This document shows, in pieces, positions 41,188 through 56,225 of a stretch of DNA of 64,000 bases. Below the pieces are notes generated by a model. That model ran no database searches and had not been told where the DNA came from. It worked only from the letters and a program-made list of their open reading frames with translations. Where the stretch lies: contig CDLV01000005.1 of the NCBI GenBank assembly GCA_001244265.2, positions 1,860,001-1,924,000 of the forward strand, read 5' to 3'. The DNA is from Microbotryum violaceum (taxonomy: Eukaryota). The position numbers and the translations under genes were made by a program. The stretch's first letter is position 1. Each line of letters opens with the position of its first letter.

Positions 41188-42814
41188 ATGACGAGGCTCA
41201 TGAATGCCAATAAACACGTACTGGTTCTTCCTGAAGGTATGTGGTCTCTCAGGTTGAGCTGCAATCATCGACTGCAACTGACGCTGTCATCTCCGGCCCG
41301 ATCCGTGCTTGGGACAGGTGTAGCCTCGGGCGAGGAAGGCGTGCGCCATCATCGGTTTCTGAGCTTACCGCATCCTCGAACGGGTACGTTTCAAGCTCGA
41401 GGATACGGAGCACGGAGAGCTACCTAGCTCAACCACTCGTTTCATCGCCCCCGCGCAGGTCGTTCTTCGCTCTTCCTCGTGGGCCCGTCCGGCCAAGGCG
41501 CCCTGTTCGAAGTCCAACGAGTAGACCAAGCCGGCACGACGAGGACGTGGTTCGTAGATCAGGAAGTTGTGAATGGTACGTACCTACGTCTTATTTCCTC
41601 GTCTGTTAGTTCGCTGGCTGATACTTGTTCGGATTCCTCACAGACGGCTCCCTCCTCCTCCTCACCCCCTTCGACCCCCTATTCCTCATCATCTCCTACC
41701 TTTCCCTCATCTCTCCCAAATTTATGCCCTACCAACACCTCTGGGAAACCGTCCTTCTCCAACTCTCAACATTCGATCCTTCGCAAGGAACGCCAACGGA
41801 AGATGAAAAACTTGCTTCGACCCTAGCGGAGGATGTCGGCACTCTAAGTCGCCTGGGGTGTGTAGAGGCGAGGTTAAAGGCGATTTGTGAAAAGCGAGGT
41901 AAGTTTTCTTGAAGGGGGATTTATTTTCCCCGAAACGAGGGCGTTTGTTCGCCGCAAAAAGGAGAAAACTGAAGAAGGCGTTGGTGATAAATTTTTGCTC
42001 AGAACACGCCGAGCTTCAACTCTTTCGCCTTTGCCCCGATTTGGTCCTTCGAGAACTGAAACGCAAAATCGATGGACTCATCGATCCAGAGGGAGGGATG
42101 TTTGAAAAAACTACCACCAAAGACGCAGTTCCTAAAGCGGAGGGAGAGGCAGCATCGAATGAGAATGAACAGCCCAAGGTTGGGAAGGAAGGCAGCGAGA
42201 CCCAAGTGGCGCCTCAGCAGTTCCCTACTTTGCTTCATTCGCTCGTTAGGGAAGGTTACGGTCCGGATCCGGGGTTCAGTAAGCAGATTCAAAAAGGTCA
42301 GTCGGAAACGCGAATTTGTATCCTCGTTCCGAGATTTCAAAGTTAGAAGCTGATCGTACCCCGTCTATTGTGTTTTTCAGAGGCCCGCCAACGCGTCGCC
42401 TGTAGCTTGGTCGGTAATTACCTACCCCTGGCCACGTCGACCTTATTGAGCAAAGCATATCCGTATGTTCTCCCACCCGTCCCAAACCCTAAAATTTGAT
42501 ATTGAAACCCTCCCCACCTCTTGAAACGCAGTTGTCCCACCCTCGACACCCACCTCACCTCCCTACAATCCTCCTCCGTCCTCTCCGCGACCTATCATCC
42601 CGGACGAGCTTCCACCTCCGGTGGTGGAATCGGTAGCGGCGCAGGTACAGCCGCGGCGGTCGCGAAAGCTAAGAAATTGGCCAGTAAAGGTTCGATGGGC
42701 GTCGAACAGTTGAAAAAGGTCTCTACGAAGGGGATGAAAAAGTTGGATAGCTTCTTCATCAAACAGCCTGCGCCGACGGGGGGGAAGGGGGTGAAGAGGA
42801 AGGTGGAGGAGTAG
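41188..42814 (+). CDS. RNH202: Ribonuclease H2 subunit B (Ydr279p family), multi-exon
   Basis: FLSLPHPRTG...LFEVQ...TWFVDQEVVNDGSLLLLTPFDPLFLII; C-terminal KKVSTKGMKKLDSFF (PIP-box-like). Confidence 0.88.
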
Positions 42815-42949
42815 GGGCCGAGTAGAAAAGGGTTGGGGGTTGGGTAGTTTTGCACATGTTGTACCTCTTTTTTGATTTCAGTTGAAGATCATCTCTATCA
42901 CGATACATCACAACGCCAGAAGAGAGTGTGGTTATCGAGGGCTTGCCTT

Positions 42950-45888
42950 CTACATCTTCCACACTTTGACCGTATGATCCCTCCCTCCAGACATGAGATA
43001 ACTATCCATGAACCTCAACCTCTCCGTCGGTCTCGTATGCCCATTCAGCGTCAAGGCCGTATGTTGCAACGTTGTCCGGTTAAAGACCTGTCGAATCGAC
43101 ACCAAGTCGAGATGATCAGATTTTGCGGAGGACTTTTGATCTCCACCAGACGCTTCGGAAACTCACTCGAATGCTATTCTCTCCTGCAGCAGCGACGATC
43201 TTGCGACTGTCAAACTGCAACGAAGTAATGGGGTAATCGTAGCGAATCGTGTCCGAGATGGAACCCGTGCGAATGTCCCAGATCTGAATGAAAGAACGTC
43301 TCGATTAGGATTAGGCCTGATTCTTAGCTTTCCTTTGCTCCTCACCAAGCTTACCCTGACAGTCTTGTCCAGACTTCCACTGACGAGATGATGTTCATCA
43401 AACTGAACGCACGTAACCGGTCCCGTATGTCCCACTAGCGTGCGATGCGATTGCCCCGTGCGCATATCCCACATCCTCACACACCCATCCGCGGTCCCGC
43501 TCGCCAACGCATAACCCCAAAACTGCACTCCCCCCACAAAGTCCTCGTAAGGTTCGAAACTGCCATCCGCGTAATTCGTCGTGGCCGGACTGGAAGGATA
43601 ACCCGAGAATGATAACGCTGTGCCGGAGGTACTTGAATGCCTTCGGAGAGCAGCGAGGGATTTGCGAGGGGAGGAGGCAGGGGTCGAGTAGGGTTCTGAA
43701 GGGTCGAGGTTGTCGAGGGGGGAAGGGTTGGAAATAGCCCATAGTACGTCCATGGTCATGACGTTTTGGCCGGTGTGGATGTCCCATTGGCGTAAAGTGC
43801 TGTCTGACGAACCGGTGACCTGTGTGCTCATGGGGACACGTCTCGGTCAAATGCACCTACTCCCCCCGCAGAGACTAAATATCTCCCAGACGACTCACGA
43901 GACAAGGTCCATCAAAGTACAAACTCGTCACCGCCTTGGTATGCCCATCCAACACCTTGACACACGCCCCCGAATGTTGTTCCTCCCTCGTCTCCCCACC
44001 CTCCTCCCCATTCACATTCTCACTCAACGTAACCAAAGCTCCCCTTCCCCCTACGTACCCATTCGCCCGACCAAGGAAAACTTTCTCGAAGGAAGGTACG
44101 CCCCCATCATCTTCGTTCTCGCCCAGTCCGTTGGGAGAGGTGAGGAGGTCCTCCACCTCGTCAACGTTCCAGATGCGCACTTGGCCATCCGAACCGCCGG
44201 TGATGCAGACGGATGCTTCGACCTGAAGGGCTTTGACGACGCCTGTAGGAGGGGGGTCAAATCAACTCAGAAATGGGATCCACTCCAGTTGGACTACGCA
44301 CACGGCACGCGGCTCATGGACACCGATCACTTACCTTGGTGACCACGCAATTGTCCCATTTCGTCACCGGTGCTCAAGTCCCACAAGCGTACGGTCTCGT
44401 CCTGACTCGCGCTGACGGCGACGCCGTACGGCTCGGAAAAGTCGAGCGCCGAGACGGGTCCCACGTGTCCGCTCAAGGTCTGCCAGACGCATCACCGACG
44501 TCAGTGATCGTCTATGCACCAGCTTTACTCTCGCCGGGCAACTCACCATGAAAGCGACTCCACTCGGTAGGTCATCATGTTCACCCGGCAGGAACGCCGG
44601 CCCTTTTCTTCGTCGCGAGGTCGTCGTCGTGGTGGCGGTCTTGGTCAGGTTGTTCATCCGCTCGCGGAGACCCTCGTCTGTGGGTGCTCTGATGTGGCAA
44701 TCAGTACACGCAGTATGAATCGCCCGCTTTCCCTCTGGTCAACGTACACTCATCCTGCAACTCGAGTTCCTCCTCCCTCAAAAAGAGCAAACTGCGCTTG
44801 AGTTCCTCCCTGATCGAGTCGAGCGCGGCCATCTTTTGGTCAATCTCGAGAATTTGAGCATTCAAGAGTGACTGTGGGGTGTTGCAGACGCGAGGATCAG
44901 GGTTCATTTCCCCTGACGGGTGTGGTACGCGCCCGTGCTGTGGAGCACTCACTCTGCGTACGGCGACGTTGCCGATATCCTCTTCGACGGCGCGCGAATC
45001 GGCTTCGAGTTCGTCCGCAGTCATCACCGGCGCATTCTCCTGTACCTGCGCCTCTCCCACCGCAGCAGGATCGTAGCGAGCACTGGAGCTCCTCCCTCTG
45101 AGCTGCAAGACCTCACTCCTCCTCGCGTTCCTCCTCTTGCGCAATAGTTGGACCTGATCAGCTTGAGCGGCGGCCAAAGTCGAAGCCGAAGCCGAAGCCG
45201 CTTCATCACTCAGGATCCCTCGCGCTTGTTGACCCCTATCCTTGAGCCCCAATTTGATATTCTCCAAACCCAACGCGATCTCGCCCAAGCCCGCTCGTCG
45301 TCGCCTTCGTTCTTGGCGTGCGGATCGGGCAGCCGGCGCGGTCGCTTGGAAGCCTCTGTAGAGGGGGACGGCGTGCTCTTGGGACGATTGCGCGGGGTTG
45401 ATATTGATAGTTCGTTTCGTGGTCGAACTCGGGGTGGAGAAAGCGTCCGAAGCGGATAGATCGAATGGACTGGCGGGTATTTCGAGCCTCAAGAGATCGT
45501 CGACTTTTTCACGAATGTAGAGCGTCGTACTCGCGTGAGGAGCGAAAGCGGGGGTCGAGGAGGACCAACCCAAACCGAGCAGCTTGGAGCGAATGCGGGA
45601 AGTCGAGCTCCACGCCGAGGAGGAGGAGGAAGAGGAGGAGGTCGAGGCTGAGGGGTCGTACCAGCTTGATCGAGGACCTAGGAAGGGCGTGGCGTGGAAT
45701 AATATTTGGGGTGCGAGGTCGGTGAGGATCGCGGCGGGCGTGGACGGGTTGAGCATCGTTCTCAGCGAGCTCGTCCAGCCTGCCTCCGAGACTACAGCCG
45801 AAGAGGCCGAGTTCCCGGATGGAGTGGCTTGCTCGGGAGCAGTGTGAGGGTCCGAGTTGTTGGCCGAAACGGCGGTCTTGGGGCGCAT
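42950..45888 (-). CDS. MDV1: Mitochondrial fission adaptor Mdv1/Caf4-like (N-terminal extension, coiled coil, WD40), multi-exon
   Basis: Coiled coil ([21 protein letters not shown]); [54 protein letters not shown]; ends VKVWKM*. Confidence 0.85.
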
Positions 45889-46448
45889 CGTCGCTACTGG
45901 ACTCGAACGAGCTCAAGATCAGGTGGTCGGTCAGTCAGTCCGGTCGGGGCCGAGAAGATGACCGCGTCTCGAGGCGCAAAGACGAGTCGTGTGCCCCTAG
46001 ACAGGCGCAGCAGTGCGTGCACAATAAAGGGGAAGAAACCGAAACCAATCTGGACTGCACAGAGTTCGAGTGTCTGATCCTGAAAACCCAGCGGAACCCA
46101 AAACCAGTGGGGACGGCCGGGGCGGGAATGACGATGAGCCGCTCGCGATGACGACCTCAATCGCCTTCCATCGGCTGCCTCGTGCGGCGCGCGCCTTGTC
46201 GACAATTCCCACTAGCGCTCCAAGCTACCATGCCATTAGCGCCCAGAGCTAATCTCAAATTCCCAGCTGCCCGTCCGCTCTGGTAGGCTCTGGTCGGGGT
46301 CGCGGTCGTTGTGCGCATCTCCCCAGTTGCACGTGCCCCTTACGCCCCCGCCTACTCCCCCGCCCTCCCCGTCCCTCCCCGTCCCTCCCACCCCCTCCCA
46401 CCGACTACCTTCTCCCTTGTTCCCGACTGAGCGTGTGCTCGATCGACG

Positions 46449-49231
46449 ATGGGTGTCTGTGCCAGCTGTTGCGGTGGTGGTAGGTCCTACGTCCTCTGTC
46501 TGGCTGGTGACTCTACTCGTTGCTCGTGCCTCATCGCGCCCACCCAACCGCCCGCCGGTCGTTCTCATCGCTTGCAATCTGACATCCTGCTCTCCCTCAT
46601 CTTGCATCTTGCATATATGTCTCCCCTACACTCCCCGCCGCCCACGATCGATCATCGCGCACGCTGTCACCTCGCCGCCTCGCCGTCGCCATCACGCCTG
46701 ATCGTAATCGGATCCGTGCGTATCTACGCATACGCCGCGCCGATCCCTCACATCTCTCGTCATCCACCATCGACGAACCGTATTCACCGTCCACTCACCA
46801 CCCCCGATCAACCCCCCCCCCCCAACAGGCGGCAAGTCCAACGCCGCGTACGAACCTTTGCTGTTGGAGAACGAGCGCGAGGCCGTCGCCGATCTGCTGC
46901 AGTATCTCGAGAGTGAGCACACCGCGATCACCACCCCCGTCACTGGGCCACTCACATGGACTCATCTCTGCTATCAGACCGATCCGACACCAACTTTTTC
47001 GCCGGAGAACCCCTGCGTGCGCTCTCGACCTTGAGCTACAGTGAAAATGTTGATCTGCAGCGGAGCGCCGCGCTCGCCTTTGCCGAGATCACAGAAAAGG
47101 TACGCCCCTTGGATCGCCCACTCCCGTATCGTCGGTCTCCATGCTCACACGCGAATTCCTATCCAAAAGGACGTGCGAGAGGTGTCGCGCGAGACGTTGG
47201 AACCGATCCTCTTTCTTTTGCAGTCCCACGATATCGAAGTACAGCGTGCCGCCAGTGCCGCCCTGGGTAACCTCGGTGTCAACGGTCGGGCTTCCAACCT
47301 CGGTCGTGCGCTCTCCCCAAACCACGTCGCTGACGAGTTCCTATCCGATCACATCGCAGCCGAAAACAAGGTCACCATCGTCAGACTGGGCGGACTGGAA
47401 CCTTTGATTCGTCAGATGCTCTCCCCCAGCGTAGAGGTGCAGTGCAACGCCGTCGGGTGCATCACCAACCTCGCCACCCACGGTCCGTCTCTCCTTCTTT
47501 CCGCTCTTGATCTCAATTCACAGCCCGCTCACCGCTCTGCATGATGTCTGCATAGATGAAAACAAGAACAAAATCGCCAACTCGGGCGCGCTCGTCCCTC
47601 TAACCCGCTTGGCTCGCTCAAAGGACATGCGCGTACAACGTAACGCGACGGGTGCCTTGCTCAACATGACTCACTCGGGTGCGTCGCCGAACGGGCCTGA
47701 TCGGCGCCATCTTTCGTCGAGGCTGATCTCTCCAGACCTGGCTTTGAACAGATGAGAATCGATTGCAGCTCGTCAATGCGGGCGCGATCCCCGTGCTCGT
47801 CAACTTGTTATCGAGCCCCGACACCGACGTCGAGTATTATTGCACCACCGCCCTCAGCAACATTGCCGTTGATGGTCAGTCCGATCGCCGAGTGGGATTG
47901 AGAGAGTTCGGTGAGCTGATTCTAGTTTACATCACAGCCGCGAACCGCAAAAAGCTGGCCCAGTCCGAACCTAAACTCGTGACGAGCCTAATCAGCCTCA
48001 TGGACTCGCCGAGTCTCAAGGTGCAATGCCAGGCCGCTTTGGCTCTGCGGAATCTCGCGTCCGATGGTGGGTTCGCGAGCTTTCTGCTATGACCGAGCCG
48101 GATCGCCAACGGACTCACTCGTTCTTTTCGCTGTCTGCGTTTCGCAGACAAATACCAACTTGAAATCGTCAAGAACGGCGGTCTGCCCGCCCTCCTCCGT
48201 CTACTCCGTTCCTCGTTCCTCCCCCTCATCCTCTCTGCCGCCGCTTGCGTGCGGAACGTTTCGATCCATCCGCTCAACGAAGCGCCCATCATCGAATCCG
48301 GCTTCCTCTCCCCGCTCATCGATCTCCTCGCGTACGACGAAAACGAAGAGATCCAATGCCACGCCATCAGCACCTTGCGCAACTTGGCTGCCAGTAGCGA
48401 AAGTAACAAGAGGGCCATCGTTGAAGCGGGCGCGGCGGAGAGGATCAAGGAATTGGTGTTGCATGTACCGGTGGCGGTGCAGAGTGAGATGACGGCTTGT
48501 GCGGCCGTGTTGGGTCTGAGTGGTACGTTCGACAAGGTGGTCGCTTTTCGGCTGAGGATGATGTACTAATTTGGTTTGTTGTGCTCTATATCATCCCGTA
48601 CAGAGGACATCAAGAGCGAGTTGTTGGACATGGGCATTTGCGAAGTCTTGATCCCTTTGACCGCCTCGCCGAGCGTCGAAGTTCAAGGCAACAGCGCCGC
48701 GGCTCTCGGTAACCTTTCTTCCAAAAGTGAGTGGGTGGAAGCTTATCAGAAGCTTTCGAACCACTCGATTCCTGACCTGGTCCTTTTGTTATTGCACCTC
48801 ATGCAGCGGACGACTATTCGGCCTTTAGCGCGGTGTGGAACGAACCCGAGGGTGGGTTGCATGGCTACCTCGTGCGTTTCCTCGAGAGTCAGGACACGAC
48901 GTTCCAACATATCGCTATCTGGACATTGGTGCAATTACTTGAATCGGGCGGTGAGTAGGCCCCTCCACTTCTCCACCAGACGGGCCAGACGAAGGATGCT
49001 GATCAAGTTTGGTGGGTGAAACCAGACATGACGCTCGAATCACAAATTCGCAGCTCGAAAGACCTCATCCCTCTCGCCACGCGTCTATCGACCTTGTCGT
49101 CCGAATCGTCTTTGCACGAAGGTGGAAGGGCCGGAACGGACGCTTCAGAGGACGATGAGGAAGGTCAGGATGGTGGGGAGAGTGAAATTCGGGTGTTGGC
49201 GCGTACGGTGTTGGATCTATTGGAGGGGTGA
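46449..49231 (+). CDS. VAC8: Vacuolar armadillo-repeat protein Vac8, multi-exon
   Basis: [10 protein letters not shown] acylation motif; [66 protein letters not shown]. Confidence 0.96.
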
Positions 49232-49999
49232 TCGATTGCGGAGATGGTGCCACCGTCGCTTGCCTCATTCGAACATCATTCTGAAAAGATATCCAAGATC
49301 CAAGAAGACGGGCAATTTTTTTACTTGAACCTGCTTTCATCCTATTTAGTTCTTTCTCGTCCTTTTGCTTTCGATCACTAGCCCCTTTCTGTAATATGCT
49401 CTCCATCTTCCCAAGCAAAGCCTTCCCTCCCCCCTCTGGCTTTGAACCGTTTGTTATCTCCCCTTCTTCCCACCGTTTGTATACATGATAATGGATATCT
49501 TCTACATGCTACACACTGACTCGAGCTCGGGCTCGGGATGGAAACAGCCCGAATGGAGGTCCGTGCGAGTATTACGGCGATAGCCGTGTGTAAGCTTCCA
49601 TTAGTGGGCATTAGCGGTGGAGTTGAGGCACTCTACTAATGAATCCACGCGGGCGCGGGTGCACCTTGTCGTGGTGTTCAGGTTCGGCTCTGGCTGCTTC
49701 CCACCTCCACTCGCTCAACACGCAAGCCAACAGAAACAAACCAGCAACTTTGCTCGGAGCAGTCTACGCCTCTACACCTCCCCCCGACCAACAGGCCTCG
49801 ACCCGACTCAGCGGCGTGGTAGTCCTCGGCCTCAGCGCGCAGTGCACGCAGTGTGTTGTCCCCCCTCCACCACCACCACCACCACCACCACCACCACCAC
49901 CCACCACCGTACGCCTCCCCGGCTGTCCCTCTCGACGATCGAGCAACCCCCCGCCTCGCTCCCTCCTCTTGATCCTGGCTTGCTTTCACCGAGCCCATC

Positions 50000-50723
50000 A
50001 TGAATCACAACAACTCCAATTCGAACAAGAAACCCTCCATGTCGTACGTCACCCACCCCCGGCCACCCAGACTCCTCGAAGCACTCCCTAGGCCACGCGC
50101 GCGCGTGCGCACACCACCCGACGTCGCTAACACCGTCCCTTCCTTTCCCCAACCCCCCTCCCTACCCTAACCAGCGAACTGAAACTACGCCGTCTGACCG
50201 AACACAACCAACGGTTACGAGAGGATCTGGAACGACAACGGGTTAGAGTTTCCGAGGCGAGCGCGAGGTAAGTTTTCGGTCTCGAACAACGGCGGACGCT
50301 TATGGAATTCCGATTGGGGCGCCCGTCGGCGCACTCGCTTCTTACGCGCGCCTCGACGCCGGGTACGGGCCGCTCAGCGCTCAGCCACCCTTTGTGTGCC
50401 CCGGTCGGCTCATAATGCGATTATATCCGACGCACGTGAGAGCGGCCCGCCCGACCTTTCACGACGACGATGCCTACCCCCACAACAACCAAGAGCTCGT
50501 GTATAAACCAAGGACTTACCCTTGCTCTCATAATCCAACTTACTAATCCGACCGCTTCGTGTCGTTCCACACACACACACACCCCCTGCCCAGCCTGATC
50601 CGGTATTGCAAGACGACGCGCGACTACCTCGTGCCTTCCGTCTGGGGGCCGGTCGAGAAGGGTTCGGATCCGTACGCCGCTGCGGCTTCGGGAGGCGGTG
50701 GGGGGTGTTGTATGATTCAATAA
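50000..50723 (+). CDS. STE18: Heterotrimeric G-protein gamma subunit; exons 50000-50043, 50175-50267, 50594-50723
   Basis: Splices to [88 protein letters not shown] with a CCaaX end; not in the ORF track. Confidence 0.92.
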
Positions 50724-51985
50724 ATGAGGAATGGGGGGACGATTGCGCGATGGTACCCGATAAAGATCGGGGGCATAATCAAAAGGTCGTCCGAGCGTAC
50801 AGTACAGGAACGACCCCATCTACGCACGTCTCGCTCAACATTGAATCCCAACCCCCGACCGAACGACCCAACACGACACCTTCTCTGTCGCATGTCGACT
50901 CTATACACTCTAATACCCCGTCTACAGTTCACGGATTCATAACTCACCGTTCGCTCACCCACTCGCCCGACCACCATCCTTTCGACCTCCCCCACACCTT
51001 TCTTTCCCGGCATCAACACACAGCAACCCTACATCCCTCTATCCCTTCTCTTTCCTCGTTTGTAAACCGTACTTTTGTTTCCTTCCAATTACCCCGCCCT
51101 TCCGTTGTCGGCCTCCTCAACCTAGCATCTTCACTTTCGTTCTCCCCCAACACGGGGTTTTTACAGCTACCCTTTGTTTTTACGTCTGTGTATGCTGTTC
51201 TGTTCTCTTTGTTTTCTTTTTCTTTGTCTTTGCATTGATCTAATATACAAGACTCTTTTGGCGAAGGTTTTGGTTTACTCGGGAGATGACTCGTTTCGGA
51301 GTCGAGCCGATCAGGAGACGGGGAGCACGGCTGACGGCTCAGATGTTCATTTTTCTTACAACATTGGAAACCAACACAGTTTATGAGCAGCTTTTTCAGC
51401 CATAGAGTTTCACTTTTTACAACCTCAGCACACTCCCTGAACCCTCATCGGAACCTTACCCCTCAGCATGGCCAAAAAAAACGTAGTGCCGACTCTGAGC
51501 TCTTCTAAACCACTGGCGGAATTCGCACAGGATGATGGTGATGCATTTTCAGGCGCTCATCAGTCAGACTCATCATCAGAATATTCGGGAAGCGAGAGAG
51601 CGATTTTTTGATGTGGTAAGAGGAGATGGGAATTGGCGCCCGAAGTCAGTGTTTCACCAAAGCAGTGCCTGCATCAAATTGAAAAAACACCCCGTCCCAA
51701 GTTGTCCTCGTTTTCACCTGCTTCTTCAACGAGCGGAACTCCTGCTGCTGTTTCAAAGTCTGGTTCCGCTGGTACAGTTGAAAGGGCCTCGACGTGGTGT
51801 GGTGATTAAATCGCCAGGAAGATTTGCCACTTTGGATCGACGCGAGTCGAGGCTGCCGGCTTTCGGGTAGTCCTCAACGCTTCAGCGGCCCCACTTGGGC
51901 CCGTTCTCCGCATGCTCGCTCGTTCTCATCCCCCTCGATCCTTTCCCCCCTTCCTCCTTTACATCCAGACCTTGCAACCCCACCC

Positions 51986-53998
51986 ATGGCCAGTTCATTC
52001 GTAGGTGAGTTTAACTCCCAAAACCCGACCCCCACCTTTCTCCTTTCCCAAAACCAACCCTTTTCGCACCTCAACTTCCCACTCACTTCCACCTTCTTCC
52101 CTCCTTCCCTTTTCCGCTCCGCTTCCGCTTCCGCTGCCTCTCTCTCATACTCTCATATATAACATCTACCCCAGGTCTTCCCGTACGTTGTAACCTACGT
52201 AACGGTAAAATCATTACCGGTCTCGTAGGAACGGTCGATGCGGTTAGAGGTACGATCACGATCGAGAGTAGTTCGGGAGCTCATTACGATTTACCGAGGG
52301 CCCAAGTCTTGAATTTGGAACTGTTGAGTTTGGCTAAAAGGGCGGCGGCGCAGGGTGAAGGTGTGGGGGCAGGGGCAGCGGTAGGGGTAGGTGGGGGGAG
52401 GAAGAGTCGAGGTGAGGGAGAGGGGTTGATGAGTTTGAAGGAGGGGGAGGAGGAGAGGCTTTCGTCTGGGGGAGGAGGAGTCAAAGACAAGGTGTCAAGG
52501 CGATCGGCCCAGAGTACGACTCACTCTGACGAAGGGGGAGAGTCGAAACGGAGTACATCCACCGCACAACACGTGACTAAACCACAGCCAGTCAGTCTCA
52601 AAGGTCGTGTTCGTTCAATCATGCGCGGCAATTCGTAAAGCTGATGTGGGCTTTTTCATTCTGGTTCGGATACGCCCCAGTCGAATAATATCTCGGAAGA
52701 CTTTGATTTCGGAGCGGGGCTCAATCAATTCGACAAGCAGCGCGAGTTCGCCGCCATCAAAGTCGGTTACCATCACTTGGGAATGGGGACACCTTTCTAT
52801 TCGAACTTTAGCTCCTGCAGAACTGATTGTGCGTACTTTTCGATGAAACTTTCAGTCCCAAGACCGCACCGACCCAGCTTTACGCCTCGTCTCGCACAAT
52901 AAGCAAACCAAACTCCTACCCAACGAGAACGTACTCTCCGTCGCCGAACTCGAACAACAGACGCAGGAATTGGCGCAATCCTTGGCCCGGTTGGATCCGG
53001 CAAGGACTCGAGTCGACAAGACGAACATGATAAAGGAGGGGGGCGTCTTACGTACGAAGAGGGGAGTGATCGCGCCTTGTTTGACGAGGGGGCAGTACCG
53101 CGAAGTGGTTTCGATCGCGGAAGTGAGTATTTCTTCCAAAAATTCGACTCGTCCGAGCTATCCGCATTCACTTAAAACTCGCTTTGGTTCCATGTTCTGT
53201 TGATTCAGATTGAAACCGGCCCCACATCCCTCCAGCGAACCGAAGCCGGCTCTCGGGCCCTAGGTCAACTCATACTATCCTTCCAACCCGATTCACAAGG
53301 CCCTTCCCGCGCCCCACCATCCTTATGCATCCTCTGCGGTTCCAAAGCGATCAAAAAGTCGACCTTGGCTTTGAGGGCAGGGACAATGTTGGTCAATAGG
53401 GGTTATCGAGTCGTGGCGTATTTGGCGAGTATGGAAGGTGTTGCCGAGGCGGCTTTAAGAGGCTTTTCAGCGGCGGGCGGTAGACTGGGCAGGAATGTGG
53501 CCGGTCAGTTACGGAGAGATACGGTTCGGATGTGATGCCATCGTTTAGTCAAGCTGAATTTGGTTTTCGTTTTCAGATTTGCCGAATGACTTTGATCTCG
53601 TCCTTGACGCGATCGCGGATGAGCAAGATGAACTTACCGAGATCCCCGCACAGGATTTGACGATTCTTCGTTGGGCAACGACGAGGAACCAAGCTCCGAT
53701 GATCGCCATCGATACTCCTTCTGGAGGAGAAGGTAGGCCGAGCGTCAGCTTTCGAAGCGTCCTTCCAAACGCTCGAGAACTGACGGCTGCTACCCACTCG
53801 CACCAAACCAAACTAGGCGCGCTTGTCCCAGCGTATACACTCCATCGAACGGCGTTAAGAACACCTATCTCTTCCAACACTCAGCATTTCATTCTGGATG
53901 AGGGGATTTCCCCCAAGCTACTGAGGCGTTTGGGCGGCCTGGTTAGTGATGACGTCGAAGGGCTCTTTGGGAAGAATTTGTTCGTTGAGGTCTCCTAG
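51986..53998 (+). CDS. EDC3: Enhancer of mRNA decapping 3 (LSm - FDF - YjeF_N), multi-exon
   Basis: MASSFVGLPVRCNLRNGKIITGLV (LSm); EDFDFGAGLNQFDKQREF...RLVSHN (FDF); RTEAGSRALGQL...ILCG...LVNRGYRV...IAIDTPSG (YjeF_N). Confidence 0.85.
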
Positions 53999-54138
53999 AA
54001 CGAATGTGGACGGGCTCGAGAGGTAGAATTTCCCAACGGCGGGACTTTTTACAGTTGGGAATTTCAAACGTAATGTGTACAAAGGTAATATTTGTCCCCC
54101 TTTGAAAGCGACGAATCTCAATCGACCAGTGCCCATTC

Positions 54139-55788
<1,650 letters not shown>

Positions 55789-55910
55789 GTTGAGGAGCGG
55801 AGGAGGGGTGAGTTGTAGCTGAGGGTGAGCCTGGGACGGGCAGCCGAGATGAAGGCCGAAGCACAAGCCCGCGCGTGACCCCCAATTGGTGCTTTGTACC
55901 AGCTCTCACC

Positions 55911-55963
55911 TGCGATTAGCTGCGATTAGCTGCGATTAGCTGCGATTAGCTGCGATTAGCTGC
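55911..55963. repeat. (TGCGATTAGC)5 perfect minisatellite in the divergent promoter region
   Basis: Read directly; lies between the NKAP-like (-) and PHB1 (+) starts. Confidence 0.95.
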
Positions 55964-56155
55964 TCTTACTAGCCACAATTACCATTACCACCTGCGCTCT
56001 TCTTGTTCTGGCTTGCATTTCCTGCGCTCCACTCGAATGTAAGCACCCACCCTCGCCCCCTGTTCTCTTTCTCACCCCGCTTCGACCGCTTCGACACTCG
56101 CACTCACCCGCCGCCTGCCTCTCTCACCTCCTGACCCTTTTCTGCTCCCACCCCG

Positions 56156-56208
56156 CCGATCACCCGATCACCCGATCACCAGATCACCCGATCACCCGAT
56201 CACCAGAT
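56156..56208. repeat. (CCGATCAC)n tandem repeat
   Basis: Read directly, just upstream of the PHB1 ATG. Confidence 0.85.
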
Positions 56209-56225
56209 CCCATCCTCCTCCCATC

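Noticed and set aside
49600-51250. Apparent gene-free region with a CCCTAACC motif (telomerase-RNA-like)
   Set aside because: Explained by the three-exon G-protein gamma gene; CTAAC is the intron 1 branch point.
55911-55963. CRISPR-like repeat
   Set aside because: A direct 10-bp tandem repeat with no spacers, in eukaryotic context.
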